Assembly (NCBI GenBank): GCA_963817955.1 | Contig: CAWFQK010000004.1 | Location: 928,001 to 992,000 of the forward strand | Source: an uncultured Gemmatimonadaceae bacterium | Lineage (GTDB): Bacteria; Gemmatimonadota; Gemmatimonadetes; Gemmatimonadales; Gemmatimonadaceae | Direction of reading: 5' to 3' | DNA: 64,000 nt | Shown here: piece after piece, positions 46,836 to 56,893 of the stretch | How the letters are laid out: every line of letters begins with the position of its first letter | Position numbering within the stretch: the stretch's first letter is position 1 | Notes under the pieces: model-generated | What the model saw: the letters and a program-made list of their open reading frames with translations, nothing else | Databases searched by the model: none | Told to the model about the DNA's origin: nothing | Translations under genes and position numbers: made by a program

Positions 46836-48235
46836 ACCGTCTCTACCTTGAGCAGATTCGTGGTCCCTGGAGTATCGAACGGCACTCCGGCCGTGAAGAC
46901 GATGCGATCGCCCGCGCGCCCGAGCTCGCGCCGCTGTATCGCCTGCAGCCCCACGCGCGCCATCTGCTCATAGGTACTGCAATGCGGCACGAGTTCCGGC
47001 ACGACCCCCCACACGAGGGCAAGCTGACGGAAGGTGAGCGGACTGTCAGTGAGCGCCAGCACCGGCACGCCAGGCCGCTGCGAGGCAATGACGCGGGCGC
47101 TGAACCCACTCTTGGTGATCACGACGAGCGCCGGCGCATTCAGCATGTTCACGGCGGCAGCGCTGGCCGCGGCGATGGCGAATTCCGTGGACATCGCGGC
47201 GTCCGCGGTGCGGCGCTCATCGCGCCGCCAGGTCTGCGGCTTGCTCTCGATTTCAGCAATGATGCGGGTCATTGCCTCCACGGCTAGTCGCGGATACTGC
47301 CCGGCAGCGGTTTCGGCGGACAACATGACCGCATCGGTGCCGTCGAGAATCGCATTCGCCACATCGCTCGCCTCGGCGCGCGTCGGCCGCGGATGCGTCA
47401 CCATCGATTCGAGCATCTGCGTGGCGGTGATCACGGGCCGCCCGAGCCGGTTGCACAACGCAATGATTCGCTTCTGCGCGTACGGCACTTCCTCGAACGG
47501 CAGCTCCACACCCAGATCTCCGCGGGCCACCATCACGACGTCCGATGCCTGCACGATCGTCTCAATGTTCTCTAATGCCGAGTCCTTTTCGATCTTGGCC
47601 ACGACGAGCATGGACTTGGGAATCATCGTCCGCAGCTCACCGATATCCTGCGCGCGCCGTACAAAGCTCAGCGCCAGGTACTCCAGCTCCTGCGCCACCG
47701 CGAATGCCACATCCTCGCGATCCTTGTCCGTGATCGATGGCGCCGAAACCTGCACGCCCGGCAGGTTGATGCCCTTGTGGCTCGAGAGCGTGCCGCCGTG
47801 AAGCACGCGCGCCGTGACGCGCGCCGTGGCCACATCGAGCACGACCAATTCGAGCAACCCATCGTTGACGAGAACGCGATCGCCAACGTGAACGTCTTCC
47901 GCCAGAGCCTGATAGGTGACCGGAATCTCACCGCCGCGCTCGCGCCCTTCGGGAACAAAGACCACGTCGCTGCCGTCGACCAGATCGCGCGGCGCCGGCA
48001 ATTGGCCGATCCGGATGCGCGGTCCCTGCAGGTCACCGAGAATCGCGACAGGTTTGCCGAGTTCCTGCGCGACCTCGCGCACGAGCGCGATCGTGGCCGC
48101 GTGCTGCTGGTACGTGCCGTGGGAGAAATTGATGCGAGCGACATCGAGGCCCGCTTCCATCAGGCCCCGCAGCGCGTCGCGAGACGAGCTCGCGGGACCC
48201 AGCGTGCAGACGATCTTCGTTCGACAGTAATGCAA
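46832..48235 (-). CDS. pyk: Pyruvate kinase
   Basis: RTKIVCTLGPAS, RINFSHG, DLQGPRIR, MVARGDLGVE, ATQMLESM, MLSAETA. Start (TTG 48235) uncertain. Confidence 0.92.
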   Translation of the reverse strand: MHYCRTKIVCTLGPASSSRDALRGLMEAGLDVARINFSHGTYQQHAATIALVREVAQELGKPVAILGDLQGPRIRIGQLPAPRDLVDGSDVVFVPEGRERGGEIPVTYQALAEDVHVGDRVLVNDGLLELVVLDVATARVTARVLHGGTLSSHKGINLPGVQVSAPSITDKDREDVAFAVAQELEYLALSFVRRAQDIGELRTMIPKSMLVVAKIEKDSALENIETIVQASDVVMVARGDLGVELPFEEVPYAQKRIIALCNRLGRPVITATQMLESMVTHPRPTRAEASDVANAILDGTDAVMLSAETAAGQYPRLAVEAMTRIIAEIESKPQTWRRDERRTADAAMSTEFAIAAASAAAVNMLNAPALVVITKSGFSARVIASQRPGVPVLALTDSPLTFRQLALVWGVVPELVPHCSTYEQMARVGLQAIQRRELGRAGDRIVFTAGVPFDTPGTTNLLKVETV

Positions 48236-48258
48236 CGTCGTCGGTGTGTAGGTAAGGT

Positions 48259-49404
48259 CTAGTGGCTTTCCACCAGCTCCTTGCCGAGCGCCTTCGTCTT
48301 CTTTTGCAGGCCGGCGATGAGCGTCTCGAACGACTTCTGGAAGCTCGCCAAGCCATCGGTGAGCAACTTGTCGGTCACGTCGCGCATCGAGATGCCATGC
48401 TGTTCCAGGCTGTCGATCTCGGCCCGGGCCCGGTCGAGGTTGGCGTCCACCGTGCGTTCGACGACACCGTGATCGCGGAATGCCTCGATCGTCTGCGGCG
48501 GCATGGTGTTCACCGTGTCGGGACCGATGAGCTGTTCCACGTACATGACGTCGCGGTACGCCGGATTCTTGGTGCTGGTACTCGCCCAGAGCGGCCGCTG
48601 GACCGTGGCGCCGCGCGAGGCCAGCCCCTGCCATCGCGGGGTGGCCGTCTCTGTCTGAAACAACTGGTAGGCGAGCTTGGCGTTGGCGATCGCTGCTTTG
48701 CCCTCGAGGGCCTTGAGCGTTGTCGCCTTGCTCGGATTGGCCGCCGCCGCGCTCTCCAGCCGCTTGTCGGTTTCGCTGTCCACGCGGCTCACGAAGAAAC
48801 TGGCGACCGAGTGGATCGACGAGATCTCTTTTCCCGCCGCAATGCGATCCTCCAAACCCGACATGTATGCGTCGATCACGCGACGATGCGCGTCGATCGA
48901 GAACAGGAGCGTGATGTTCACGTTCACGCCGTTGGCCGTGAGCTGGCGCACCGCCTTCGCGCCCTCGACCGTGCCCGGCACCTTGACCATGACATTTGGC
49001 CGATCAACGCTGGCCCATAGACGCGATGCTTCAGACACAGTCGCCTGCGCATCATGCGCCGCACCGGGCGATACTTCGATCGACACGAATCCGTCAGCCC
49101 CCTTTGTCCGATCGTAGACCGGCCGGAAGGCATCGCACGCGTCGCGCACGTCAGTCGTCGCGATGAGCTCGAACAGTTCCAAGGCCGTGAACTCGCCATC
49201 TGCTGTCCGGATCTGATCGTCGTACGCACTGCCCTCGGCGAGCGCCTTCTCGAAGATCGTCGGGTTCGACGTCATCCCCGTCAACGCGTCGTCGCGAATG
49301 CGCCGCTGGAGATCGCCGTTGCGCAGCATGGTACGGTCGATATAGTCGAGCCAGATCGACTGACCGGCCTCGTTCAAGCGCTGCAGGGAATTCGTGCTCA
49401 TCAT
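48259..49404 (-). CDS. tal: Transaldolase
   Basis: GQSIWLD, GMTSNPTIF, VSIEVSP, NVMVKVP, ASFFVSRVD, PLWASTSTK. Confidence 0.93.
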   Translation of the reverse strand: MMSTNSLQRLNEAGQSIWLDYIDRTMLRNGDLQRRIRDDALTGMTSNPTIFEKALAEGSAYDDQIRTADGEFTALELFELIATTDVRDACDAFRPVYDRTKGADGFVSIEVSPGAAHDAQATVSEASRLWASVDRPNVMVKVPGTVEGAKAVRQLTANGVNVNITLLFSIDAHRRVIDAYMSGLEDRIAAGKEISSIHSVASFFVSRVDSETDKRLESAAAANPSKATTLKALEGKAAIANAKLAYQLFQTETATPRWQGLASRGATVQRPLWASTSTKNPAYRDVMYVEQLIGPDTVNTMPPQTIEAFRDHGVVERTVDANLDRARAEIDSLEQHGISMRDVTDKLLTDGLASFQKSFETLIAGLQKKTKALGKELVESH

Positions 49405-49514
49405 GATGCTCGTTGCGATCGAAGGGTTACCTGGGAACCTAGTTGGGCGACTTGCCGGTGTGAACGATCTTGTAGATGCGTCCGCCTGGTCAACGTTCCC
49501 GCGTGCATGCGGGC

Positions 49515-50900
49515 TCAGCGCGGCAGCATCTGATCGAGATTCGCAAGGCCGTAAGCCATCACGGCCATCGTCGCCACGCATCGCGCGAAATCGGCGCGGT
49601 CGATCACCGTCATCATGTCGCCCCATGAATGGTGATACCAGAAATAACGCGAATCGTCCACGTCCAGGGCCAAACCGGGAACGCCGCGCTGCAGAATGGG
49701 ACCGACGTCTGCTTCTCCGTCGCCCCGCTCCATCCTCGCTGCGCCGATCGGCGCGAGGAGCGCGGCGACATCCTTCGCCATCGCAAGTCCAGCATCCGAC
49801 CCCTGAAAGCGGAATCCGTTCGGACGAAAGACGCCGTTGTCGCACTCCATGGCGACGCTGTGCTTCGTCAGCTCACCGGCGTGGGCATCGCGGTAGCCTC
49901 GTCCGCCACGGCCACCGTTTTCCTCGTTTGTCCAGAGCACGACGCGCACGGTACGTTTTGGCCTGAGGCCCAATCGCTGCATGAGACGAACCGCTTCCCA
50001 CGCGGCGACACTGCAGCCGGCATCGTCCATCGCTCCCTCCCCCACGTCCCACGAATCCATGTGGCCGCCCAGCACCACGATCTCGTCGGGCTTCTCGCTG
50101 CCGCGCAACTCGGCAACGACATTACGCGACGGCGCATCGGGCAGCGTCTGCGCATTCATGTGCAGCGTGACGACGACCTTCTCGCCACGACTCTGCATCC
50201 GATGCAGCATCTCTGCATCTTCAATGCTCAGGGCGGCCACTGGGATCCTCGCGACCGCTGTGTCGTATCGGGTAGACCCGGTGTGTGGACTCTGGATGGA
50301 GAACGATTCGATCGAGCGAATGAGCGCGGCGACGGCCCCAACCTTCGCCGCGGCTGACGGAGCGCCGCCACGATATGCTACGGCCTCCTCATAGCCGGCC
50401 ATTGGCGCCACTCCCGTTGGGAACGGATGGTCAAAGAGGACGATCTTGCCCTTTGCTTCTGCCGCGCGGCGCGTCAGCTCGTCAAAGCTGCCCACAACGA
50501 GCACCGGTGCCGTGATGCCAACCGCCGGAGTGCCAACGCTCATGCCAAGGCCGAGCATGTGCAGGGGAGTCGGTCGTGGCGTCACGAGCGTCGCGGACTC
50601 GTCGCCGCGTACCCAGTGTGGCACCATCACCGACTCGCCTCGGACGTTGGCCAGCCCGTCGGCCCGCATCTGTGCGATCACCCAATCGATTGCCTGCTCG
50701 AGCGCGGCCGAGCCGCTGAGCCGGTGCCCGAACCGATCGGTCATCGTCGCCAGGCGAGAGTAGCCAGTCGTATCGTGGAGCGCTGCCTCGATCAGACGGC
50801 CGGCATCCTGTCGGGTGGTTTGTGCGGACGACGCCGTCGATGCGGTCAACACAGCGAGCGTTGCGACGAGGAGGGAGGAACGGAGCGAGACCACAGTCAT
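49515..50900 (-). CDS. M28 family metallopeptidase (carboxypeptidase Q-like), secreted
   Basis: Signal peptide, GHRLSGS, GGHMDSWD.GEGAMDD, WTNEENG, YFWYHHS. Confidence 0.9.
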   Translation of the reverse strand: MTVVSLRSSLLVATLAVLTASTASSAQTTRQDAGRLIEAALHDTTGYSRLATMTDRFGHRLSGSAALEQAIDWVIAQMRADGLANVRGESVMVPHWVRGDESATLVTPRPTPLHMLGLGMSVGTPAVGITAPVLVVGSFDELTRRAAEAKGKIVLFDHPFPTGVAPMAGYEEAVAYRGGAPSAAAKVGAVAALIRSIESFSIQSPHTGSTRYDTAVARIPVAALSIEDAEMLHRMQSRGEKVVVTLHMNAQTLPDAPSRNVVAELRGSEKPDEIVVLGGHMDSWDVGEGAMDDAGCSVAAWEAVRLMQRLGLRPKRTVRVVLWTNEENGGRGGRGYRDAHAGELTKHSVAMECDNGVFRPNGFRFQGSDAGLAMAKDVAALLAPIGAARMERGDGEADVGPILQRGVPGLALDVDDSRYFWYHHSWGDMMTVIDRADFARCVATMAVMAYGLANLDQMLPR

Positions 50901-51019
50901 GGCGTGCCTGTGAGAGGTTCGAGAAAAATATACGATGCCATTCGGCTCCAACCATCGCCATTGATCAGCTGTCACATGAAATGAACGCACCACCGTCCAT
51001 CACCAACCGGGAACCATTC

Positions 51020-51832
51020 ATGCCTCGCTCGATCTTCCAGCGCACCGCGCTGCCCCTACTGCTCATCGGCCTGTCGGCTCTCCCCGCGCTGGCACAAAGC
51101 GACCGCGCAACGCGTTTCATGGACGATTGTCGCCGCAACCGCAGCGACGACAAACAGTTCTGCGAAACGCGCGAAGTCACCCTCCGCGCGAACAAAGCCC
51201 TGACCGTCGACGGCCGGGACAACGGCGGGATCAGCGTGCATGCCTGGGATAAGGCCGAGATTCGCGTTGTGGCTTTGATCCAAGCCCGCGCCGAAAGCGA
51301 GTCCGCGGCTCGCGAGATCGCGAAGCAGATCACGATCACGTCGAGCGGCGCCGACGTTCATGCATCTGGTCCGCGCCAACAACGGCACGAATCCTGGTCG
51401 GTCAGCTACGAGATCTCTGCCCCGGCGACCACCGAGCTGACGCTGGATGCCCGCAACGGCGGCATTGCGGTTGAGGGCATGAACTCGCGCATGCGACTCG
51501 GGACGATGAACGGCGGCCTCCACCTCACGAACGTGGACGGAGACGTGCGCGGAACGACGGTGAACGGGGGCATTGTCGCCGAGCTCTCAGGGAATGTCTG
51601 GCGCGGCACTGGACTGGATCTGACCACTGTGAACGGCGGCGTGCACCTCTCCATTCCAGCCAACTACTCGGCGCAGCTCGAGACCGGTACGGTCAACGGC
51701 GGGATGGACATCGGATTCCCGGTCACGGTTCAAGGGCAGTTGCATCGCCAACTGACCACGCAACTCGGTTCCGGTGGCCCCACGATTCGCGCGGTCACAA
51801 CGAACGGCGGCGTGTCCATCCGCCGTCGGTAG
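51020..51832 (+). CDS. DUF4097-type beta-strand repeat protein, secreted
   Basis: Signal peptide and repeated T(V/M)NGG[I/L/V] units. Confidence 0.85.
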   Translation: MPRSIFQRTALPLLLIGLSALPALAQSDRATRFMDDCRRNRSDDKQFCETREVTLRANKALTVDGRDNGGISVHAWDKAEIRVVALIQARAESESAAREIAKQITITSSGADVHASGPRQQRHESWSVSYEISAPATTELTLDARNGGIAVEGMNSRMRLGTMNGGLHLTNVDGDVRGTTVNGGIVAELSGNVWRGTGLDLTTVNGGVHLSIPANYSAQLETGTVNGGMDIGFPVTVQGQLHRQLTTQLGSGGPTIRAVTTNGGVSIRRR

Positions 51833-51988
51833 CCGACCAGCGGCACGGCGCGCCCCGGATTGGGGCGCGCTTTGAATGTCGTGATACGGGAGTCTGCTGT
51901 CGCGGGAAATATCCCATCGCCGCCGACCCACAGAACTGTTAGAATGATGTGCTGGCGACCCTGCCGGCGCCCCCCAATCAGGCACGCA

Positions 51989-52822
51989 GTGACCGCATTC
52001 CCTCTGTCCTCTCCGCCCGAGTTCGAGGATCGCGCCGCCCGTGAGCCTGGCTCGCGCGCTGCCGGCCGGCTGCCGATCACGGTGGTCATCCCAGCTCTGA
52101 ATGAGGCGGGTCAGATCGCTGAGGGTATCGCCGACCTATCATGGGCCGACGAGATCATCGTGGTGGACGGAGGGTCGGCGGACGGCACGGCGTCCATAGC
52201 CAATGCCGCGGGCGCGACCGTGATGACCCTGACGGGCCAGACGATTGCGGCGCAGCGCAACGCCGGTATTGGCGCTGCGCGCAACGAATGGGTGCTCGCG
52301 CTCGATGCCGACGAACGCGTGAGCGAGCAGTTGCGTGCCGAACTCGGACAGGTGGTAGCCAGCCGCGTCGCCACCCACGCGGCGTACCGGATGAAATTCC
52401 GGAACCATTACCTGGGTCGCGAGCTTCGACACGGACCCTGGGGACGCGACTGGCACGTCCGCTTGTTCACCCGCGATCGCCGGTATGTCTGCAGTCGCGT
52501 GCACGAGCACCTCGAACCAATCGACGACGTCGGCACGCTGAGTGGAGTCGTCATCCACTACCCCTACCGCGATCTGGCCCATCACGTCACGAAGATCGTG
52601 ACATATGCCCGTTGGGGCGCGGATGATCTGTACGCGCGCGGCCGGCACGCCGGCCTCTTGGAGCTGACGGCGCGTCCGGCCTGGCGATTCACACGCGACT
52701 ATGTGGTGTTCTCGGGTTGGCGCGACGGACTCGTTGGGTTCGTGGCCGCGACCTTGAGCGCGTTCTCGGCTTTCCTCAAGTACGCATTTCTGTTCGCCAG
52801 GAGCCAGTCGTCGCGGACATGA
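51989..52822 (+). CDS. Glycosyltransferase family 2
   Basis: ITVVIPALNEA, IVVDGGSADGT, WVLALDADE, VHEHL. Start uncertain. Confidence 0.88.
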   Translation: MTAFPLSSPPEFEDRAAREPGSRAAGRLPITVVIPALNEAGQIAEGIADLSWADEIIVVDGGSADGTASIANAAGATVMTLTGQTIAAQRNAGIGAARNEWVLALDADERVSEQLRAELGQVVASRVATHAAYRMKFRNHYLGRELRHGPWGRDWHVRLFTRDRRYVCSRVHEHLEPIDDVGTLSGVVIHYPYRDLAHHVTKIVTYARWGADDLYARGRHAGLLELTARPAWRFTRDYVVFSGWRDGLVGFVAATLSAFSAFLKYAFLFARSQSSRT

Positions 52823-53538
52823 AGCTCACGATCCTCATGTACCACAAGGTCGATGAGCTCGGTGCAGGCGTTCGCTATCCGGGCAATTACGTCACTCCCG
52901 GCAATTTCGAGCGTCAACTGGACGCGCTCGTGTCGTGGGGGTACCACACGATCACTTTCGCGCAGTGGCTCGACTACCGAGCCAGACGTCTGTCGTCACT
53001 GCCAGACAAGCCACTGATCGTCACGTTCGACGACGGCTACACCTGCTTCGAACGCAACGCCTGGCCGGCCCTGCGCGCCCGGGGCCTGGACGCAACGGTG
53101 TTTCTCGTGGCCGGCCAGATCGGCGGCACGAACGCATGGGACATCGACGAGCGTCAAGAACGTTTGCTCGACGCCGACCGCATTCGGGCGCTGCAAGACG
53201 AGGGCGTGCATTTCGGGTCGCACAGCGTCACGCACCCCGCGTTGGCGAAGATCGACCCCGCAGGCGCGCTCGACGAGTTGACACGATCCCGCCTCGCACT
53301 CGCCGCGCTGCTTGGTCGCGAGGTGGACGTGATCGCCTATCCGTTCAGCAACCAGAGCCGCGCCGTTCGAGACCTGGCGCGCCGCGCTGGGTACGTCGCC
53401 GGCGTGCGTGGCAAGGGACGCATGAACTCGCGCCTCGTTGATCCGCTCGGCCTGCGGCGCATCAAGGTGGAGCATGAGTGGACGGTTGCGGATTTGCGGC
53501 ACACGTTGCTGAAAGAACGGTACTTGCGAGTTTGGTGA
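52819..53538 (+). CDS. Polysaccharide deacetylase family protein
   Basis: ILMYHKV, VTFDDGY, GSHSVTH, AYPFS. ATGA overlap with the GT2 gene. Confidence 0.9.
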   Translation: MKLTILMYHKVDELGAGVRYPGNYVTPGNFERQLDALVSWGYHTITFAQWLDYRARRLSSLPDKPLIVTFDDGYTCFERNAWPALRARGLDATVFLVAGQIGGTNAWDIDERQERLLDADRIRALQDEGVHFGSHSVTHPALAKIDPAGALDELTRSRLALAALLGREVDVIAYPFSNQSRAVRDLARRAGYVAGVRGKGRMNSRLVDPLGLRRIKVEHEWTVADLRHTLLKERYLRVW

Positions 53539-53576
53539 TTGGACAGAAGACGTGCGACGTTGGACGCGAGATAAAG

Positions 53577-53615
53577 AGAATTGGCCGGAGCGACGCAGTC
53601 GCTCCGGCCAATTCT
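53577..53615. terminator. Perfect 18-bp hairpin between convergent genes, flanked by 7-nt periodic arms (53542-53651)
   Basis: agaattggccggagcgac-gca-gtcgctccggccaattct. Confidence 0.75.
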
Positions 53616-53653
53616 TACATCTCTCATGTCCTACGTCTCCCGTCTGACGTCTC

Positions 53654-56600
53654 TTACTTCTCCGCCCCGAGTACCTGATTCACTCGCGCCTCGAGCGCGT
53701 CGAGCTCCTTCCGCAATGTCTGATGCCGGGCGATTGCGTCGCGGCCAATGCGCTGATCAGCACGCGTCGTCATCCCCGAGAGATACGTGATCTGCGTCTG
53801 CAGACCCGGCTGTCCGTAGCGGATTCCTTCGCCGGCACCGAACAGCGTCGTGGAGATCGCCCGCACAGCCGTCGCCTGCGCGTCATTCGAGCTCTGCAGT
53901 TTGGTACGAGATTGCCGCACGCGGGTGGCGACGCGGCCCACCTCGGCAACCATGTCACGCATGCGGACGTTGTGATCGTATTGCTCACGCAGGTCCGCTG
54001 CCGTGACATGGTCCGGCGCCAGCCGCGGATCGATGCGGAGCGTGAGTGGCTGTGTACCGCTCCAGGTGCCGGCAGTCATCTTCACACGGTACGTGCCGGG
54101 CGGCAACATCAGGCCACCGGCATCGTTGAAATCCCACGTCAGCCGGTTCATGCCTGGGGTGCTCGCCAACCGCACGCGGGGCGCAGCGCGACGGAACACT
54201 GGCGCCTCGTCATCCGCGTTCGCGGCCGGAGCATCAGCGGCCCCTGCGACCGTCGGAGCCGCCTCACTCGAATAGCTGCGCACCGTCTTACCCGCAGCGT
54301 CCAGAATGTCGATCGTCACCGGCCCGCTCGCTCCGCGGCCCAGGTAGTAGTTGATCGTCGCGCCGTACTGCGGAAACTGCGCTTGACCAGCGGTCGCCGC
54401 ACCACCGCCACCGCCAGCCCCACCCCGCCCGCCGCCGAGCCGCGCACGGATCGCTTCCCGCGGCTTGAACAACACCGCGGCACTGGACGCCGTCTGCGCC
54501 CCGATCTGCTGGAGCGGCGTGATATCATCGATGATCCACATCGAGCGGCCCTGCGTCGAGACGATGAGGTCGTTGTGGTACACCTTGATGTCGGTAATCG
54601 GTACGTTCGGCAGATTCAGATCGAACGGCTGCCAGTGCGTACCGTTGTCGAATGATACGAACATTCCGAATTCCGTACCGGCGTAGAGGAGCCCTTCGCG
54701 CGTTGGATCCTCGCGCACCACCCGCGTCGGCCAGTCGGCGGGAATGCCATTCTTTCCTGAGGTCAGCCGCGTCCAGCTCTCGCCATAATTATCGGTTTTG
54801 TAGATATAAGGCTCATAATCCCCGAGCAGATACCGGTAGACCGCGTAGTACGCCGATCCCTTGCGGTGCGGCGACGTCTCGATGTATTGCACGCGGCCGC
54901 CGCTCGGCAGCTCCTTGGGGGTGATGTTCTTCCAGGTCTTGCCGTTGTCACGCGTGATGAAGAACGGACCGTCGTTCGAGCCCGTCCAGATGACGCCCGG
55001 CTCGAGCTTCGATTCGCTGATCGCGTAGAGCGTGCTGTAGAACTCCTCGCCGGTGACGTCACGCGTGATCGGCTCTCCGCTGCCGCCCTGGCAGCAGGCA
55101 GGATGCGCGGTGAGATCGGGGGAGATCTTCTCCCACGTCACGCCGCCGTCGCGCGAGCGGTGCAAGAACTGGGAGCCGTAGTACACCACGCTCGTGTCAT
55201 GCTGCGAGACTTCCATCGGTGACACGCGCTGGAAGCGGAAGATCAGATCCTTAGCGTCGTTGCCGTAGAGCGACTGCGCACCCACCCAATAGTTCTGCTC
55301 CTGGCGCGTGTTCATGAACATGCGGCTGAACTGTCCTTTACACGCGCCGTACACCACGCGTGAGTCCTTCGGATGCGGAATGATCGGGCCGGTTTCGCAA
55401 CCCGGTCCGGTCTCGAACGCTTCGGTGCTTCCCGGCACCGGCATGCTCGGCACGATCACCGTGCTCGCGTCCTGCTGCGCGCCATACAGGCGATACGGGA
55501 ACTGCTCGTCGGGCCATACGCCATAGATCTCGGCGGTCGGCTGGTTCATCTGCGTCGACCAGGTGCGACCACCGTCCTGCGAGACGTTGGCGCCCCCGTC
55601 GTTCGACTGGATCATGATCTTGCCGTCCTTCGGATTGATCCAGATGTCGTGATTGTCGCCATGCGGCGTACGCATCGTAGTCCAGTTCGCACCGCCGTCC
55701 GTCGATTTGAAGAAGTTCTCCGCGCCCGCATACACGACATCGGCGTTCGTTGGATCGACGCCGAGGGCGACGTAGTAGAACGGACGTGCGATCAACTGCG
55801 GATTACTGCTGACCTGTTTCCACGACTGCCCCTGATCTTCCGACCGATAGAGGCCACCGCCCGGCTTCGCCTCCACGAGCGCATACACGCGATTCGGGTT
55901 CGCCGCGGACACGGCGATGTTCGCCTTGCCCACCAACTCCGTGGGCAGACCATTCGTGATCTTGGTAAAGTGTTCGCCGCCGTCGGTGCTCTTGTAAAAT
56001 CCGACGCCACTCCGGTCCGGCGCGCCGCTGATGATCGTCCACGGTCTCCGCTCACCGCGCCACATCCACGCATATACGACATTGGGATCCGTCGGGTTCA
56101 GCTCAACGTCCGCCGCACCGATGCTATCCGATACGAACAGCACCTTGTGCCAACTCTTGCCGCCGTCGATGGTCTTGTAAACACCGCGCTCGGCGTTCGG
56201 CTTGAACGCGTCGCCGATTGCCGCTACCCAGGCGACGTTCGGATTCGTGGGGTGAATACGCAACGCCCCGATCTGACCAGCGTCGTACAACCCGGCAAAG
56301 CTCCACGTCTTCCCAGCGTCGGTGGACTTATAGATACCGCGGCCGGTCGACACGTTGCTTCGAATGTCGTCCGAGCCGGTGCCCAGATAAATGGTATTCG
56401 GATCGGACTCGGAAACGGCCACCGAACCCGTGGACCCGAGCGGCACCTTCCCATCGGTGAGGGGCAACCAGGAAGCGCCTGCATCCGTCGTCCGGAACAG
56501 CCCGCCACTGGCCACGCCCATGTAGAACGTACGGGGTTGAGACGGAACGCCCGTCACGGTGGTGACACGTCCGCCGCGCGGCGGACCGACCACGCGAAAT

Positions 56601-56722
56601 CGGAGACCGTGCAACAGCATCGTGTCGACAGCGGATAGAGCAACCGGCCGCGCTTGGGCCTGCAGCGCGCCGGCGACGCCGAGCATCACGGCGATTATTC
56701 CGGCAGAAGAGCGAACACGCAT
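53654..56722 (-). CDS. Secreted VPS10/BNR (Asp-box) repeat glycosyl-hydrolase-like protein
   Basis: Signal peptide, GPPRGGRV, many S/T-x-D-G-G-x-T-W Asp boxes, PHGDNHDIWINP. Confidence 0.88.
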   Translation of the reverse strand: MRVRSSAGIIAVMLGVAGALQAQARPVALSAVDTMLLHGLRFRVVGPPRGGRVTTVTGVPSQPRTFYMGVASGGLFRTTDAGASWLPLTDGKVPLGSTGSVAVSESDPNTIYLGTGSDDIRSNVSTGRGIYKSTDAGKTWSFAGLYDAGQIGALRIHPTNPNVAWVAAIGDAFKPNAERGVYKTIDGGKSWHKVLFVSDSIGAADVELNPTDPNVVYAWMWRGERRPWTIISGAPDRSGVGFYKSTDGGEHFTKITNGLPTELVGKANIAVSAANPNRVYALVEAKPGGGLYRSEDQGQSWKQVSSNPQLIARPFYYVALGVDPTNADVVYAGAENFFKSTDGGANWTTMRTPHGDNHDIWINPKDGKIMIQSNDGGANVSQDGGRTWSTQMNQPTAEIYGVWPDEQFPYRLYGAQQDASTVIVPSMPVPGSTEAFETGPGCETGPIIPHPKDSRVVYGACKGQFSRMFMNTRQEQNYWVGAQSLYGNDAKDLIFRFQRVSPMEVSQHDTSVVYYGSQFLHRSRDGGVTWEKISPDLTAHPACCQGGSGEPITRDVTGEEFYSTLYAISESKLEPGVIWTGSNDGPFFITRDNGKTWKNITPKELPSGGRVQYIETSPHRKGSAYYAVYRYLLGDYEPYIYKTDNYGESWTRLTSGKNGIPADWPTRVVREDPTREGLLYAGTEFGMFVSFDNGTHWQPFDLNLPNVPITDIKVYHNDLIVSTQGRSMWIIDDITPLQQIGAQTASSAAVLFKPREAIRARLGGGRGGAGGGGGAATAGQAQFPQYGATINYYLGRGASGPVTIDILDAAGKTVRSYSSEAAPTVAGAADAPAANADDEAPVFRRAAPRVRLASTPGMNRLTWDFNDAGGLMLPPGTYRVKMTAGTWSGTQPLTLRIDPRLAPDHVTAADLREQYDHNVRMRDMVAEVGRVATRVRQSRTKLQSSNDAQATAVRAISTTLFGAGEGIRYGQPGLQTQITYLSGMTTRADQRIGRDAIARHQTLRKELDALEARVNQVLGAEK

Positions 56723-56893
56723 GAATCGACCTCGAACAGAGGGGAATGCGACGGAACGCGTCGCGAAATCGAGCTTCACAAAACTGCGGACCGGGTAGTC
56801 GGTATCGCTAGAGGCTGTGGCGTACGAAAGCACGTCTTCCGGCAGGTCTGCACGGTCGGTAACGTCTACGCAGTCCCAACTGCAAACAGGCTA

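Noticed and set aside
48236..49845. Long N-terminal extensions of pyk (600 aa) and tal (528 aa) in the ORF track
   Set aside because: The extensions overlap neighbouring real genes in other frames, an artefact of stop-poor GC-rich DNA.
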